Shown here: positions 29,701 through 40,611 of the stretch, piece by piece
How the letters are laid out: each line of letters starts with the position of its first letter
Position numbering within the stretch: the stretch's first letter is position 1
NCBI GenBank assembly: GCA_016188425.1
Contig: JACPHX010000009.1
Location: 3,582 to 67,581 of the forward strand
Origin: Candidatus Uhrbacteria bacterium
Lineage (GTDB): Bacteria > Patescibacteriota > Patescibacteriia > UBA9934 > GWF2-40-263
Length of the DNA stretch: 64,000 bases
Reading direction: 5' to 3'
The notes under the pieces: model-generated
Databases searched by the model: none
Seen by the model: the letters and a program-made list of their open reading frames with translations, nothing else
What the model was told of the DNA's origin: nothing
Program-made: the position numbers and the translations under genes

Positions 29701-32700
29701 ATTCGAGAGGGGCTATGATCACAGAGGCAGAAGACGGTGGAAGCCGGCATCTGTCACAGACGGTATTGATCGTTTGGGTCGGTAAGCATTCGAGCCCGGG
29801 CGTGCAGCCCGGTGGACTCACTTCTCCCAATACGGCGCATGGCGCGCCTCGTCTACTGCTTACTATGCCATCTTCGTCACAGGAAAGAATGCCGGTGTCA
29901 CAATCTTCTCCCGGATCTACCACGCCGTTTCCGCACGTAAGCGCTAAAGCCGCTGATTGTGCCGATGCTGAATGTATGCCGAATATATCCCGTAGATAAC
30001 CAGCGATACGCCCCACCAGGTTTCCCGCAACATGCGGCGGTGATGCAGCGGATACAACCGGGATCCCCGTGTTCACCCAACCAGGATCCAATAGGCACGA
30101 AGAGCACCCGTCTCCGTCTGCCGCATTTCCATCATCGCATTCTTCTGGCAACTGCCAAAGATTATCCCCGCAGCTTGGAAGAATCGGCCGGCAAGAACCA
30201 TCGCACGAATCCGTCTCATCCAGATTTCCGTCGTCGCATAATTCCCCTGGTTCAACCATCCCGTTTCCGCACACAGGCGCGAATTCGCATGTCAAGCAAC
30301 GATCACAAGACGTAATACCGTATCCAGTACACACAAACGGCGGAGCAGAGGCGCGGCAGTTGCTCGCGCATCCGTCGTTATTCACAGGCAGACACAATCC
30401 GCTGCCTATTCCCGCACAGTCGCTATTTTGCGTGCACTCGCGGAGATCGGGAGCAGGGCATCGCATACCGTTGTCACACACTTCTCCAGGATCTTGGACA
30501 GCGTTTCCACACAATCGAACACAGGTATTCACCCCAAAACCAGCGCAAGCAAAACCTGATTCGATTTGACACAAGGGGGAACACCCGTCGCCTCCCTGCG
30601 TGTTTGCATCGTCACAGGATTCGGCTCCGTTCTGAACGCCGTTCCCGCAGTCTGCTGGAATTTCAATGGCGCATACGTTCGAGCACCCATCGTTGTTTTC
30701 GGTATTTCCATCGTCACACGTTTCTCCGCAACCAATGACGCCGTTTCCGCAGGTATCTGTCGGCACCGTCTGGCAACTCGCAGAACAACAAGCCGTTCCG
30801 TCATCGCATGTCTCCCCTGCTTCCACGATAAAGTTTCCGCACACGGCGCCTGCCTCCAGCGTGCAGACGGCGCTGCATCCGTCGCCGGACGTTCTGTTGC
30901 CGTCATCACAAAATTCCGTGGCATCTGTTATCCCATCCCCGCAAAGAACCGGCGTGACGGTGGACCCCAGGTTTACCAATCTCGCCTCCGAATACACCCC
31001 TTCCGAATTTCCTCCGGCCCACACAAAGCCGTTTGGAAGCTCCACCATGTCGTTGAGCGCGGCGGCGCCGGGCGTGACGTCGTATTCCCAATTTGATCCT
31101 CCGTCGGGGGAATGCATCATCGTCGAGGCGGCTCTCGCGTACAAATTCACCCCATCCGCCGTCGCCACCTCAAAGAGGGGTTCGTTAGGTATCGAGGCAT
31201 TGATAAGCACGGTCTGCGACGCGCCGAACTTGACCGCTTTGCCGTTTCCGTTTCCGTCATTTCCAACAAGGAAAAAGTCCGTGAACCCTGGACCGAACTC
31301 TTCTTTTTGGAACACGTCTGTGTAGACGGAAGCGTCTGAACCGTTTCCGAGCAAGAATCGTTCCGAAGAGAACGCGCCCAGCGACGTCGGGGTGACGAGG
31401 AACAACGACGGGCCTTCGCTTGTGCGCGCCGTAAACAAGCACTGGAAGTTATTGTTACAGGTAATATCCGAATCGATGACGCAGGAATTCAGGGCGGTGC
31501 AATCCGAAATGGACACTGGCGTATCGAATGTGGTTCCGAAAAGAATATCCGACGACCAGCTCAAAGTTCGCGCGGTAGCATCGAGCTTCACGCCCATCCC
31601 CCCCCACTCATCGATGCTGATATCCGAAGTGAATGTTCCTGCTTGCGGTTGGTCTTCCCAGGCGCCAGGCGCTCCATATCCGCCTTGGAACGCCTGTCCT
31701 GGATTCCGCCAGAGAAGATTGTTTGCATCAACGGCCAAAACCTGTTCGTCTCCGAAATCCGCAAAGATCTTTTTGATTTCCGGTCCTCCGAAGGAAAGCG
31801 TCCATGACGCCCCTCCGTTTGCGGTTCGAACCATGCTTGTCCCGCCGGGCGTCATCGGTTCTCCGCCCGCCAGACACGTCAGCGCGTCTTTACAGACGAT
31901 CGCGTTGATTTTCTTCAACCCCGTATTGCTGAACGCGGTGTAATTTGATACGGGAATTTGGACGGATGTATACAGGACGTCACCCATCACAAACGGCGAA
32001 GAAGCGGGGCGCGCCGCCACCGCGACCGCGCCGCCGAAGAAGGTCGTCTTCGTCCATGTTGAACCTCCGTCGGTTGTTTGATACACCCCGTCGGAGGCGG
32101 AGAGATATCCTGTATTTGCATCCGCGAAACTCAACGTGGTGATGTCAGTGGGACTTCCTGGCAAGAACGCTTCAAACCAATTCTCCCCGGCGTCAGTCGT
32201 CTGGAAGAGTTTCCCCACAGAGTTCACCGACCCGATAATAAACCCGCTGTTCGCCGTTACCATTTTCAAATCATTGACCTTGAAGAACCCGGCGGAGGAG
32301 GGCAGAATTTCCGTCGATGTCCATCGCGGGGGGGCATTGATCACAGGAACCAAGCAAACCTGCCCTACCAATGAGCTCACGACGTGTGCTGGATTCGTCG
32401 TCCCGGAAGCGTAGTAATTCGTATCCGGGTTGTTGGCAAACTGATAATCCGCCTCAACCTGGCAGGTGTCGGAGCAGCCGTCGCCGCTGGCGGTATTGCC
32501 ATCGTCGCACGCTTCCGTGTTCACGACGTATCCGTCGCCGCAAACCGCCGCCTCGAACAAGCACAGGGAGGAGCAGCCGTCGCCGTCTCGGCCCTTGCAA
32601 TATCCGCCGGCCGTTGCGCAATCTCCATCAGAGCCGCAGGCGGTAGTGTTGTCTCCGGTGCACACGCCGCCGTCATCACATTCTTCCGACAGGTAACTGA

Positions 32701-34174
32701 TGGCTCCGTCGCCGCATCCTACGCGGGCGCCATCGATGACGAACGCGCATGTTCCGCCGTTGGGGCAATAATCGTAGCCACCATCCGGGACATAACAGAC
32801 CGAATCAGGAAAATCTCCGCCGACGCATTTTCCAGCTTCTAACTGGCAATGGCTGGAGCAGCCGTCGCCATCCGTCTGGTTGCCGTCATCGCATGCCTCG
32901 TAGCCGTCTCCGGATACCGCGCCGTCCCCGCACAGGCCGTTCTCTACCACGGAACCACGACGGACGTATCCCGCCTTGAGGGTGCAGTTATCGGAACAAT
33001 AGGCGGACGGATCCTCTACCACAACGCATTGCTCGGTTGGCGCTGCCATCGGACAATCTGCATCGGAGGCACATGCCTGTCCGGCATTCAGCCCCGCATC
33101 GCACAGCGAAACATCATGGTCGTAGACACACTGTTCGCCGCTGGTGCCGCAAAAATCTCCAGATTCATTCGTACAATCCATCCCCGCATTCGCTCCTGAA
33201 TCGCATAGATAGATTTCATCCTGGAAACAATTGGCGGTGGCCGGGCTTGCGCAATCGGCATCTGTCGTACATGTTCCCCCCGCATTCGATCCTGAATCGC
33301 ACTCCTTTACCGCCGCCGTCGGATCGCACTGTTCGCCAGAAAAGAACGTGTAAAAACCGTCTCCGCAAAACCGGCCGCACGAGGCCGCGGAGCCACCGGA
33401 ATCGCATCCGCCGCCAATCCCATCTTGCCCATCGCACTCTTCGCCATATTCAATCAGACCGTTGCCGCAGGTTGCGTTGTCGCACGATCCCCGTATGTCG
33501 TCTGTCAAATAAACGTTCGTATTGAAATTGCCCGTTTCACGGGCGACGACCACCGCTTTTTTGTCATCGATAAGGTCTATCTGCGATGGATCCGAACATC
33601 CCGGCTGCTCGCAGACAGAACCCTTATTGTAATAATGCGCTCCACCGTCGGACGTATAGGAAATCCGATCTCCGCTTAGCACGGCGCCGACGCTCTCATC
33701 AAAAAAAGCCAAATCCGTCGCGTTGGACGGCGCACTTACCTCGGCATCAAACGCCTCGTTCCCGTTGTTGGCTCCCGTGCCATTTATCTGAACCCACGCT
33801 CCCGAAAGGTCTTTTTTCGCCACGCCGTTTTGCGTGAGAGCCACCACCGACGAGGTCGTATCCGTCCGCTCAATGCTTATTACAAAATCTCCCGCGATCG
33901 AATCGTCCACCCAGCTCGCGCCCCCATCAACCGTCTTTGCCACGGATCCGAAATCCCCTTTCAGGTAACAGGTTTGATCCGAACTGCACGTAATCTGTTC
34001 GACGTCGGTGAGCAAATAGTCCGCACTCACCGGCTGCCAGTAGTTCGTCGCGAAGCTTTTTATCGAGTACCTATACACGTACGAGGCGGTTGCAGCCACC
34101 CCCACCAAAACCGCGACCATGGATAGGAACACGATGGGCTTTGAAAGCGTTTTCTTTTTCATAAGTAGAAACAT
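26747..34174 (-). CDS. Giant (2475 aa) anchored extracellular protein with Cys-rich repeats, BNR/Asp-box repeats, about 13 thrombospondin type-3 repeats and a C-terminal TM anchor
   Basis: N-terminal signal anchor [26 protein letters not shown]. Multiple CGDG…EECDDGN…GDGCS..C..E units (Myxococcus cysteine-rich-repeat type). TxDGGxxW BNR motifs. [29 protein letters not shown] repeated 13 times. A carboxypeptidase-regulatory-like segment. C-terminus [30 protein letters not shown], a TM helix plus basic tail with no LPXTG. Confidence 0.85.
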   Translation of the reverse strand: MFLLMKKKTLSKPIVFLSMVAVLVGVAATASYVYRYSIKSFATNYWQPVSADYLLTDVEQITCSSDQTCYLKGDFGSVAKTVDGGASWVDDSIAGDFVISIERTDTTSSVVALTQNGVAKKDLSGAWVQINGTGANNGNEAFDAEVSAPSNATDLAFFDESVGAVLSGDRISYTSDGGAHYYNKGSVCEQPGCSDPSQIDLIDDKKAVVVARETGNFNTNVYLTDDIRGSCDNATCGNGLIEYGEECDGQDGIGGGCDSGGSAASCGRFCGDGFYTFFSGEQCDPTAAVKECDSGSNAGGTCTTDADCASPATANCFQDEIYLCDSGANAGMDCTNESGDFCGTSGEQCVYDHDVSLCDAGLNAGQACASDADCPMAAPTEQCVVVEDPSAYCSDNCTLKAGYVRRGSVVENGLCGDGAVSGDGYEACDDGNQTDGDGCSSHCQLEAGKCVGGDFPDSVCYVPDGGYDYCPNGGTCAFVIDGARVGCGDGAISYLSEECDDGGVCTGDNTTACGSDGDCATAGGYCKGRDGDGCSSLCLFEAAVCGDGYVVNTEACDDGNTASGDGCSDTCQVEADYQFANNPDTNYYASGTTNPAHVVSSLVGQVCLVPVINAPPRWTSTEILPSSAGFFKVNDLKMVTANSGFIIGSVNSVGKLFQTTDAGENWFEAFLPGSPTDITTLSFADANTGYLSASDGVYQTTDGGSTWTKTTFFGGAVAVAARPASSPFVMGDVLYTSVQIPVSNYTAFSNTGLKKINAIVCKDALTCLAGGEPMTPGGTSMVRTANGGASWTLSFGGPEIKKIFADFGDEQVLAVDANNLLWRNPGQAFQGGYGAPGAWEDQPQAGTFTSDISIDEWGGMGVKLDATARTLSWSSDILFGTTFDTPVSISDCTALNSCVIDSDITCNNNFQCLFTARTSEGPSLFLVTPTSLGAFSSERFLLGNGSDASVYTDVFQKEEFGPGFTDFFLVGNDGNGNGKAVKFGASQTVLINASIPNEPLFEVATADGVNLYARAASTMMHSPDGGSNWEYDVTPGAAALNDMVELPNGFVWAGGNSEGVYSEARLVNLGSTVTPVLCGDGITDATEFCDDGNRTSGDGCSAVCTLEAGAVCGNFIVEAGETCDDGTACCSASCQTVPTDTCGNGVIGCGETCDDGNTENNDGCSNVCAIEIPADCGNGVQNGAESCDDANTQGGDGCSPLCQIESGFACAGFGVNTCVRLCGNAVQDPGEVCDNGMRCPAPDLRECTQNSDCAGIGSGLCLPVNNDGCASNCRASAPPFVCTGYGITSCDRCLTCEFAPVCGNGMVEPGELCDDGNLDETDSCDGSCRPILPSCGDNLWQLPEECDDGNAADGDGCSSCLLDPGWVNTGIPVVSAASPPHVAGNLVGRIAGYLRDIFGIHSASAQSAALALTCGNGVVDPGEDCDTGILSCDEDGIVSSRRGAPCAVLGEVSPPGCTPGLECLPTQTINTVCDRCRLPPSSASVIIAPLELNGTVTEGLLKLHAFCEIPNTYPDSICPTRTSYVRRETTTDDNGRPSNEEGFKSWVTSEINVDMPVLDYYKMAIIIDDGVIPYTAGELAGGQFKVRSNCEHESMETTIWGLCPEVSTTYSCNFGVTGWGNGACFNNGVTDLCEWEMTAGSAFLVSADMGKQAAILCPKSGEIKISNIGNNHYPVSVTQSGPGDTETAIMPETWSVRDETNTVVNQGSMIDLDTSSVFFSSTSSGVTSSENCLFSTDLVGSTLTMTFQGETLTRAIIPGQRLVFGFGKPPGTDTDNDGVLESADYCPETAGPASNNGCPTAAPVDTDGDGVYDNVDQCPTIPGPASNNGCPIPDTDNDGVLDDVDQCVNEPGPALNNGCPWPDTDGDGVLDNVDLCPTVPGSSAYNGCPIPDTDNDGVLDDVDQCPSIPGPAANYGCPYPDTDNDGITDNLDQCPTEPGPASNNGCPEVVPTDTDGDGVPDDVDQCPAVPGPASNNGCPYPDTDGDGITDNVDQCPNVVGVIEYNGCPVPDTDGDGVLDNVDQCPALPGPASNYGCPIPDTDGDGVLDDVDACPTYPGPASNNGCPIPDTDGDGVLDDVDQCPAVPGPASNNGCPLAGDDDEDGVPNAEDQCPAVSGSAAYFGCPAADKIEMSLHTVDPHKTGACPGDKASCKGPLEGAVVRVFNRDDADFVALYGTSGPKKSKYDEVFDGAVGLMGSCTTSADGSCLVGEPAPGRYLVIGKYVDQSSGRVVFTGKNKNPDDFIATPDGTLATKKLGAIRTIKKPPHNQSHEHQWDASTEEEFEGSYLNITFADVLLWDNTESQNFYPFIFSSDSNWSVNVCAQVPEGYKLLGVINEAGEMVATDSCVQEVVANEEKVALFQVADIGSPQAFDLTSTLKVFNTDRKTKEVITRKIAVATEKASPARLNRPTGRTLELAQAQQMPPKAPTKPGSIRERILGTKEEPKAVWPIVLLILAAAGGAAAYVLTRKKKHSK
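27790..28900. repeat. Tandem array of about 81-nt DNA repeats (13 units) encoding the TSP3 calcium-binding repeats
   Basis: Near-identical units such as gggacattggtcgacgtcatccaggactccgtcgccgtcggtatccggaatcgggcatccattgttggaggcgggaccggg recur throughout. All three alternative frames on both strands also yield repetitive ORFs in the track. Confidence 0.85.
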
Positions 34175-35133
34175 AGTGTCGTGTGCCGCATGTTACAAAA
34201 AACCTTTTTGATCCTTACTTTGTTAAGAAAGAACAGAAGACAGAGCCCGAACGCGAACAGAACGATGGAAATGACCTGCGAGTAGGTCATGTGCAGGAGC
34301 GGACTCAACCTCGATTCGGTTGGATCCCGAAAAAATTCGAGAGAGAATCTCATGATCGGATACAGTATAGCATACGCGGCAAACACCGTGCCGTGGATAA
34401 GTTTCCGACGACGCACTTCCAGAAGCGCGATGAAGACGAGCAGGTTGCCCAGCGCGAGATAGAGCTGAACAGGATGAAGCGTTTGATATAAAAGATACAG
34501 GTGCGGACCGCTCACATACTTGATGGCCCATGGCAAAGCCGACCGCGTGCCAAAATCATCTCCACTATAAAAACACGTCAGTATCCTGGTAAAAAACGAC
34601 GTGAAAGAAATAGCCGGGGCGATCACGTCAAGCAGCAGGAGCGGAAATTTTTCCTTCACGAGGCGCAGGTAGGCAACACTGGCCGCCAGCAGTCCGACAA
34701 GGCCGCCATAAAAAACCGATCCGCCGGCCTTCCACATCAAAAATCCCTCCCAATCCCACCACCCCTTCCCCCATGGGCCAAGATAATGAAACGCTCTGCC
34801 GCCAAAATACACTCCCAGCTGCGCCACGATCGCAAACATGGCCCAATACCACCACGGACGACGAATCTTTCGCGCACGCGCATCGAGAAAAACCCATGAT
34901 AGGGGAATAAGAGCCCCGGCCGTCCAGATGGAATTCAGAATATTCACCCCTCCTTTTCCGCCTAAGGAAGCATGCGGTTGGTAGGGAATAAACCCATCCG
35001 GACCCAATAGCTGAATCGTCCAGGCCATCACACTGAGAATCGATAACAAAAGAAGCACGCCCACGAAAGCGGTGTGCACCTCTTCACGCTGATACCACGA
35101 GGGTTGAGACATAGCGCTCGTAGTATACAACAT
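34159..35133 (-). CDS. lgt: Prolipoprotein diacylglyceryl transferase
   Basis: Lgt core blocks (…GGLVGLL…; …[15 protein letters not shown]…) in a multi-TM protein. The start is uncertain (ATG candidates at 35112, 35133 and 35169; the ORF track uses 35271). The 3' end overlaps the giant gene's start by 16 nt. Confidence 0.75.
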   Translation of the reverse strand: MLYTTSAMSQPSWYQREEVHTAFVGVLLLLSILSVMAWTIQLLGPDGFIPYQPHASLGGKGGVNILNSIWTAGALIPLSWVFLDARARKIRRPWWYWAMFAIVAQLGVYFGGRAFHYLGPWGKGWWDWEGFLMWKAGGSVFYGGLVGLLAASVAYLRLVKEKFPLLLLDVIAPAISFTSFFTRILTCFYSGDDFGTRSALPWAIKYVSGPHLYLLYQTLHPVQLYLALGNLLVFIALLEVRRRKLIHGTVFAAYAILYPIMRFSLEFFRDPTESRLSPLLHMTYSQVISIVLFAFGLCLLFFLNKVRIKKVFCNMRHTTLCFYL

Positions 35134-35296
35134 CTTTATGAGGAGGATCGGTTTTTCCACGGCGCGCATCCGACTCAAGATCTTCCCCGCGTTTCCGACG
35201 CTCCTTGAGCTCGCCTGCTTCAAGGTGGATGCCCGTCTTCCCTGTGGATCAGCCAAGGAGAGACCGTCCATATCGATTTATCCCCACCTCCCCCGG

Positions 35297-35325
35297 TTGA
35301 CACGCACTGTTATTCGCGATGTAAT
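35297..35325 (+). promoter_or_regulatory. Consensus sigma70-type promoter for recQ
   Basis: TTGACA (35297-35302), a 17-nt spacer, then TGTAAT (35320-35325). The predicted TSS at about 35332 falls at the AAGGAGG element. Confidence 0.5.
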
Positions 35326-35348
35326 TTTTCCATAAGGAGGAGAGAACC

Positions 35349-35373
35349 GTCAGCTCTCACGCTGACTTTTTTT
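35349..35373 (+). promoter_or_regulatory. 5'-UTR hairpin plus T7 run immediately abutting the recQ start codon
   Basis: Stem gtcagc/gctgac (35349-35354 / 35361-35366) with loop tctcac, then TTTTTTT (35367-35373), then ATG 35374. The SD-like AAGGAGGA (35333-35340) lies upstream of the hairpin. Confidence 0.5.
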
Positions 35374-37545
35374 ATGCGAAATTTGCTTAAACAGTACTTT
35401 GGGTACGACGAATTCCGTCCGTTGCAGGAAGAAATCATTCAAACCGTTCTTGATCGAAAAGATGCGCTTGTCCTGATGCCCACCGGCGGGGGTAAATCAT
35501 TGTGCTACCAACTCCCCGCGCTCAAATTCGATGGCATCACCCTTGTCGTCTCCCCCTTGATCGCCCTCATGAAAGATCAAGTCGACGCACTCACGGAAAA
35601 CGGCATCGCGGCCGCGTTCCTCAACAGCACATTGCGATTCGATGAGATCGACGCCATACAACGACGCGCCATCGACGGCTCATTGAAGGTCCTCTACGTC
35701 GCGCCGGAGCGTTTGGCGACGCCGGGCTTCCAATCGTTTCTCCGGCAGCTGAACCTTTCTTTCATTGCCATAGACGAAGCGCATTGCATTTCTGAATGGG
35801 GCCACGATTTCCGCCCCGAGTACCGCAACCTCAAGGATCTCCGCCATGCCTTCCCGGACGCGCCTGTCATGGCGCTGACGGCGACGGCGACGCCGCGCGT
35901 GCGCGAGGATATCGTGCATCAGCTGAAACTCCAGGATGCGAAGGCGTTTCTTTCCAGTTTCAACCGACCCAATCTCCAGTACACCGTCCGACCGAAATCG
36001 GATTCCTTTGGGCAACTCGTCTCTCTCTTGGGCGGCCTCAACAACAACCCCGCGATCATCTATTGCTTTTCAAGAAAAGACACGGAGGCGCTCGCTGACG
36101 ATCTGCGCCGAACCGGCTTCAAAGCCCTCCCCTACCACGCGGGATTAGAACGAGATCTTCGACGGCAGACGCAAGAGCAATTCATCCGCGACGAGGTGAC
36201 GATCATCGTCGCGACGATTGCGTTTGGCATGGGTATAGACAAACCTGATGTCCGCCTGGTCGCCCACATGGATCTCCCTAAAACGATCGAGGGCTACTAT
36301 CAAGAAACGGGTCGTGCCGGACGCGACGGGCTACCTAGCGAGTGCGTCCTTTTTTACTCCTTCGGGGACAAACGCAAGCAGGAGTATTTCATCGATCAAA
36401 TCCAAGACGAACAGGAACGCGATCTTGCGCGGAAAAAACTGGCGCAAATGATCGACTATTGCGAGACGTCGAACTGCCGGCGGCAATATCTGCTCCAGTA
36501 TTTCGGCGAGTCGTGGGACGCGCCGTCCTGCGGATCGTGCGATGCCTGCGTTGCATCTCCAGAATCTCCGGAAACGGATGCGACGGAAATCGCTCAAAAA
36601 ATTCTGTCAACGATTCTGCGTACGGGTGAAAAATTCGGGGTCATTCATATCATCCACGTGCTGCGGGGCTCGCGTCGCGAGCAGGTGTTCCAATACCATC
36701 ACGAAAACCTATCGGTCTACGGAACAGCAAAAGGGCACTCGGCGACGGAGTTGCGCGAGTACATGCGTCTCCTTCTCAAGAAGGGGTACGTGGAGAAAAA
36801 CGAGGGGGAATACCCAACCTTGCGCGTGAGCAAAATGGGGAAAGCGGCGCTGATCGATCGGACGCAGATTCCGTTGCCTCAAGTAACGGTGGGGACGCGA
36901 TCCATCACGCCCGGCCCGTTTGGTGCACCCCGTGACGCAAAAACGGGTCTCCCGTTTGAGAAAGATTTGTTCGAGGATCTCCGACGCGTACGCAAGGAGC
37001 TCGCGGACACGCACGGCGTTCCGCCGTTCATCATCTTTGGCGACCGGACGCTCCAGGAAATGTCGTATTTCCTTCCTCGGTCCAAAGAACGTCTTGGGGG
37101 TCTCTTTGGTGTGGGACAGACAAAACTGGAGGCGTACGGGGATGCGTTTTTAGCGAGCATCCGTTCCTACGCTGTCTCTCGAGGCCTCCCCGAACGTCCC
37201 GCCCCCTCCCACCTTCCCCCTCCTCCCTCCCGTCCCCCCGCCTCCGTAAACCGGCCAAGCTCCACCTATCAGCAGACGAAGGATCTCGTTGAAAAAAAGC
37301 TCTCTCTCGCAGCGATCGCGCGGGAGAGGAATTTGAGCGAAGGGACGATCGTGGGACACATCGTTGCGCTGCTTCAACAACGGACACCCCTGGAGATCGC
37401 TTACCTGCGGCCAGCGGATGACAGATTGCAGGCCATTCGGGAGGCATACAAGAAGGCGGGAACGAATATGCTCACACCGGTGAAGATGATGCTGGGGGAT
37501 GGATACTCGTACGATGAGATCAAGCTGGCGAGGTTGTTCCTCTGA
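35374..37545 (+). CDS. recQ: ATP-dependent DNA helicase RecQ
   Basis: 723 aa carrying the RecQ N-terminus MRNLLKQYFGYDEFRPLQEEII, Walker A PTGGGKSLCYQLPAL, DEAH box IDEAHCISEWGHDFRPEY, a Zn-binding C4 region (CRRQ…CGSCDAC), winged-helix and HRDC-like regions, and a C-terminal extension. Confidence 0.95.
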   Translation: MRNLLKQYFGYDEFRPLQEEIIQTVLDRKDALVLMPTGGGKSLCYQLPALKFDGITLVVSPLIALMKDQVDALTENGIAAAFLNSTLRFDEIDAIQRRAIDGSLKVLYVAPERLATPGFQSFLRQLNLSFIAIDEAHCISEWGHDFRPEYRNLKDLRHAFPDAPVMALTATATPRVREDIVHQLKLQDAKAFLSSFNRPNLQYTVRPKSDSFGQLVSLLGGLNNNPAIIYCFSRKDTEALADDLRRTGFKALPYHAGLERDLRRQTQEQFIRDEVTIIVATIAFGMGIDKPDVRLVAHMDLPKTIEGYYQETGRAGRDGLPSECVLFYSFGDKRKQEYFIDQIQDEQERDLARKKLAQMIDYCETSNCRRQYLLQYFGESWDAPSCGSCDACVASPESPETDATEIAQKILSTILRTGEKFGVIHIIHVLRGSRREQVFQYHHENLSVYGTAKGHSATELREYMRLLLKKGYVEKNEGEYPTLRVSKMGKAALIDRTQIPLPQVTVGTRSITPGPFGAPRDAKTGLPFEKDLFEDLRRVRKELADTHGVPPFIIFGDRTLQEMSYFLPRSKERLGGLFGVGQTKLEAYGDAFLASIRSYAVSRGLPERPAPSHLPPPPSRPPASVNRPSSTYQQTKDLVEKKLSLAAIARERNLSEGTIVGHIVALLQQRTPLEIAYLRPADDRLQAIREAYKKAGTNMLTPVKMMLGDGYSYDEIKLARLFL

Positions 37546-37633
37546 GGGCCCAGCCAACACCAGGCGTTGGCAAAAAAAGAGCGCGCCGTGTCTGCCAAAG
37601 TGGCAGGCGTGCGCGCGAGGAAGCCGCGACGGT

Positions 37634-38737
37634 TCAAGACTCGGACTGGCGGATCCGCGTCTCTCCTTTGCGGTAGCACCACATGATCCGAATGGACCCG
37701 TTCTTCTTCCAGGTGAACCGGAGCTCATCGGAGCCGCGGCTGCTGAACGATCCTTCGGCCGTGAACGGGAGCTTGAAATTGCACTTGCGCGTATGGAGGG
37801 ACGCGTAGGACGCGCCGTGGACGCACAGGACCTCTAGCTGCGAGATGATCCGTTTCTGGTCATCAGACGGCAAGTCTCGCAGCGCACGCAGGAAGGCGGT
37901 TTCGTACTGGACCGTCCCCGCGTCGTTCTCCCACGCGAACTCCTTTGGAAGGAACCCGAGCAGGGCCTCTTCCTCCCGCTCCTGGCGGGTCTTCCCTTCC
38001 TTGATCTGCCCCGCGACACGCGCGAGCTCCGGGAACTCTGGGAATTCCTTCGCGAGGCGCGCGAGCCCGCCCGCCGCCACCTGGCTCAAACCCTGCTGGA
38101 GCGTGTCCACTTGCCGCTCGAGTCCTGCGCACCGCCGCTCCACGAAGTCGACCACGAGAGCGCGCTCTGCGTCGATTTCCGCCAACCGCTCGTTCTCCTG
38201 GCGAATGCGCTCGATCTCTTCACGGATCTGCTGGTCCTCGCCGATCATCTTTTCGAGCGCGCCGATGAGGCCGCTGGTGTGTGCGAGGACGTCGCGGCCG
38301 CCCTCCAGATCATCCAGCCGGAGCATCGGGATCGTCTCCTCCTCGATCTCATCATCGAGCTTCGCAGGCAGAGGGATAGCCCCCAATCCGAGATCCTCCC
38401 AGGTGCGCAAATTATCCTTGTTGAGGCAGAGAAACCCGTGCTGAATGGTCGAGGAGAGCGCCTTCCCTTCGATCTCGCGCTTCTGTGCGTCCGATCCGAT
38501 CAGCCACAAGTAGGCGTACCTGAGTGACTGCTTGTCCACTTGGTAGTTGGAATCGGAGATCTCGATCTCCAAGGGCTTGAGCGCCTCTCGAATGCGCTCG
38601 AACGTTGCCGCGTCTTGGTTGCGCACGGCCTTGTAGTTCTCTTGAAGGAACTGGCAGACGACCTGGCGCCGCTGCAAGAGTTTCGGGTTTGTTTTCCCCA
38701 TGTACGAGGGGCTTTTCTCCAAAAAATGAACGGCCAT
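37634..38737 (-). CDS. Hypothetical coiled-coil protein with an uncharacterised C-terminal domain
   Basis: Start at ATG 38737 (MAVHFLEKSP), preceded by GGAGAAG. The central region is heptad-rich and acidic (…EEIERIRQENERLAEIDAERALVVDFVERR…). The C-terminus is …LPFTAEGSFSSRGSDELRFTWKKNGSIRIMWCYRKGE. No confident family assignment. Confidence 0.45.
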   Translation of the reverse strand: MAVHFLEKSPSYMGKTNPKLLQRRQVVCQFLQENYKAVRNQDAATFERIREALKPLEIEISDSNYQVDKQSLRYAYLWLIGSDAQKREIEGKALSSTIQHGFLCLNKDNLRTWEDLGLGAIPLPAKLDDEIEEETIPMLRLDDLEGGRDVLAHTSGLIGALEKMIGEDQQIREEIERIRQENERLAEIDAERALVVDFVERRCAGLERQVDTLQQGLSQVAAGGLARLAKEFPEFPELARVAGQIKEGKTRQEREEEALLGFLPKEFAWENDAGTVQYETAFLRALRDLPSDDQKRIISQLEVLCVHGASYASLHTRKCNFKLPFTAEGSFSSRGSDELRFTWKKNGSIRIMWCYRKGETRIRQSES

Positions 38738-38840
38738 GTTCTTCTCCGGGGGTTTGTTGAACGTCTCTCTGGACCCCCACCAGAAAGACACGCAACCGTA
38801 CCCAAAAAAACCGGCGCTGTCAAGCGCCGGTTTCTCTCGT

Positions 38841-39401
38841 TCATTTGGTGCAGACGTACACGAACGCGGGTGGGATGTTTGGAACAACGTCAGTCATCCG
38901 CACGCCCGCAAACCGTCGCTCCAGCCGATGGCGGAATGCCTGCCCGTTTGGCAGATACTGCAACGGAAAATAGGCAAATGTTACGAAGACGCCGCCGGGA
39001 TGAAGCGCCTCATACAACGCCCCCAACAGGCGCTCTTGCAAGCCATTCTCAAAAGCCGTCCACGGCAGCCCGGAGATAACACGATCGCATCCGTCATGCC
39101 CTGCTTGTGTAAGCAGAGGCCCGATATCCTCCGCCGACGTCGTGTGGATCGGCAGGAATGGAAACCGCACCGAGAGCTCTTTGGAAAAATCCGCATTGAT
39201 CTCAATAAGGTGCAGCGCCGCCTCCGGCCGTTTTTTCTCGAGGATCGCCGACGTGAACACGCCGGTCCCTGGGCCGACTTCGACGATCACGCGGGCGTCT
39301 GCGAGCTGCGCCTCGCGTACCATAAGATCCGCGAGCCGCCGCGAGCTCGCGGCGATGGCGCCGGATTCTTTCGGGTGGAGGAGGGTTTGTTTGAGGAACA
39401 T
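38841..39401 (-). CDS. Small class I SAM-dependent methyltransferase, PmtA-like (phospholipid N-methyltransferase / RrnaAD-related family)
   Basis: 186 aa. The N-terminus FLKQTLLHPKESGAIAASSRRLADLMV and motif I VIVEVGPGTGVFT are the hallmarks of the Rhodobacter-type PmtA family. Confidence 0.65.
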   Translation of the reverse strand: MFLKQTLLHPKESGAIAASSRRLADLMVREAQLADARVIVEVGPGTGVFTSAILEKKRPEAALHLIEINADFSKELSVRFPFLPIHTTSAEDIGPLLTQAGHDGCDRVISGLPWTAFENGLQERLLGALYEALHPGGVFVTFAYFPLQYLPNGQAFRHRLERRFAGVRMTDVVPNIPPAFVYVCTK

Positions 39402-39419
39402 GGGATGGACGATGAACGA

Positions 39420-40568
39420 TTAGCGAATGGACGAATATCCTCCAGGAATCCCATTCTTTGAATACACGATCTGCCAGAGCTGGTTCTGGCGCACGCGGAA
39501 GGTGGCGGCGCAGGCGAGAAGGTAATAGCGCCACATGCGATGGAACCGCTCGTCGTACTTCCCGGCGAGCTCGACCCAGTGTTGCTCTACGTTCGCATAC
39601 CAGGCCATGAGCGTTTTGTCGTAGTCGGTGCCGAAGTTGTGCCAATCCTCCATCACGAACAACCCTTCGGCCGCTTTCGTGATCTGTGCCGCAGAGGGAA
39701 TGAGAGAATCGGGAAAGATGAATTTCTCGATCCAGGGGTCGGTCGTAATTGACGAGCGGTTGCCGCCGATCGTATGGAGGAGGAACAGGCCGTCGTCTTT
39801 GAGGCAGCGCCGTGCGACTTCGAAATACGTGCGGTAATTTTTGTGTCCGACATGCTCGAACATCCCCAAGGAGATGATATGGTCGAACGTTTCGTTCACG
39901 GAGCGGTAATCTTGCAGACGGATGTCCACTGTGAGTCCTTTGCAGAGCGTTTGCGCAAGCGCCATCTGTTCTTTAGAGACCGTAACGCCCACGACATGCG
40001 CGCCGTATTTTTCCGCCGCGAACTTTGCGAAGCTCCCCCACCCGCAGCCGATATCAAGGACGCGCTGCCCTCGCTGCAATCCGATTTTCCGACAAACCAG
40101 ATCGAGTTTCGCCTCTTGCGCGTCATCGAGGTTCATCGCGGTTTTCCAATACCCGCAGGTGTAGGTCAGACGCTTGTCCAACATCCGGGTGTAAAGGTCA
40201 TTTCCAATGTCGTAGTGCGCTTTGCCGATATGGAACGCGCGAGCGCCAAACTGGCGGTTCATCACTTGGGCCAAGAGCGCGTTCTTGGCCATGCCGAAGG
40301 TCGGCTTGATCTTGGAACGGATATTGCCTTTCAAAAGGAGGGCGACCATCTCGTCGATCGCTTCGCAGTCCCACCAACCGTCCATGTAGGACTCGCCCAA
40401 TGCAAGCGATCCGCCCGAGAGAACGCGGGCATAAAACCGTTCGTCACGGACACGAAGGTCGTGCGGAGCGGAGCCGTTAAGGTCTACACCCGTACCATTC
40501 AGCAGATCCGAGACCGCATGCTTCAAAGAAGCGCTCATAGGGATGATATGGCTCACTCTAGCACACAT
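39420..40568 (-). CDS. cfa: Cyclopropane-fatty-acyl-phospholipid synthase
   Basis: 382 aa. SAM motif VLDIGCGWGSFAKFAAEKYGAHVVGVTVS and the conserved CFAS blocks (…YSAAYF…, …ISLGMFEHVG…). Confidence 0.9.
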   Translation of the reverse strand: MCARVSHIIPMSASLKHAVSDLLNGTGVDLNGSAPHDLRVRDERFYARVLSGGSLALGESYMDGWWDCEAIDEMVALLLKGNIRSKIKPTFGMAKNALLAQVMNRQFGARAFHIGKAHYDIGNDLYTRMLDKRLTYTCGYWKTAMNLDDAQEAKLDLVCRKIGLQRGQRVLDIGCGWGSFAKFAAEKYGAHVVGVTVSKEQMALAQTLCKGLTVDIRLQDYRSVNETFDHIISLGMFEHVGHKNYRTYFEVARRCLKDDGLFLLHTIGGNRSSITTDPWIEKFIFPDSLIPSAAQITKAAEGLFVMEDWHNFGTDYDKTLMAWYANVEQHWVELAGKYDERFHRMWRYYLLACAATFRVRQNQLWQIVYSKNGIPGGYSSIR

Positions 40569-40611
40569 CCTGCATTGGTTTCCAGATAAAATCTGACGAA
40601 ACGTCGGGCTC

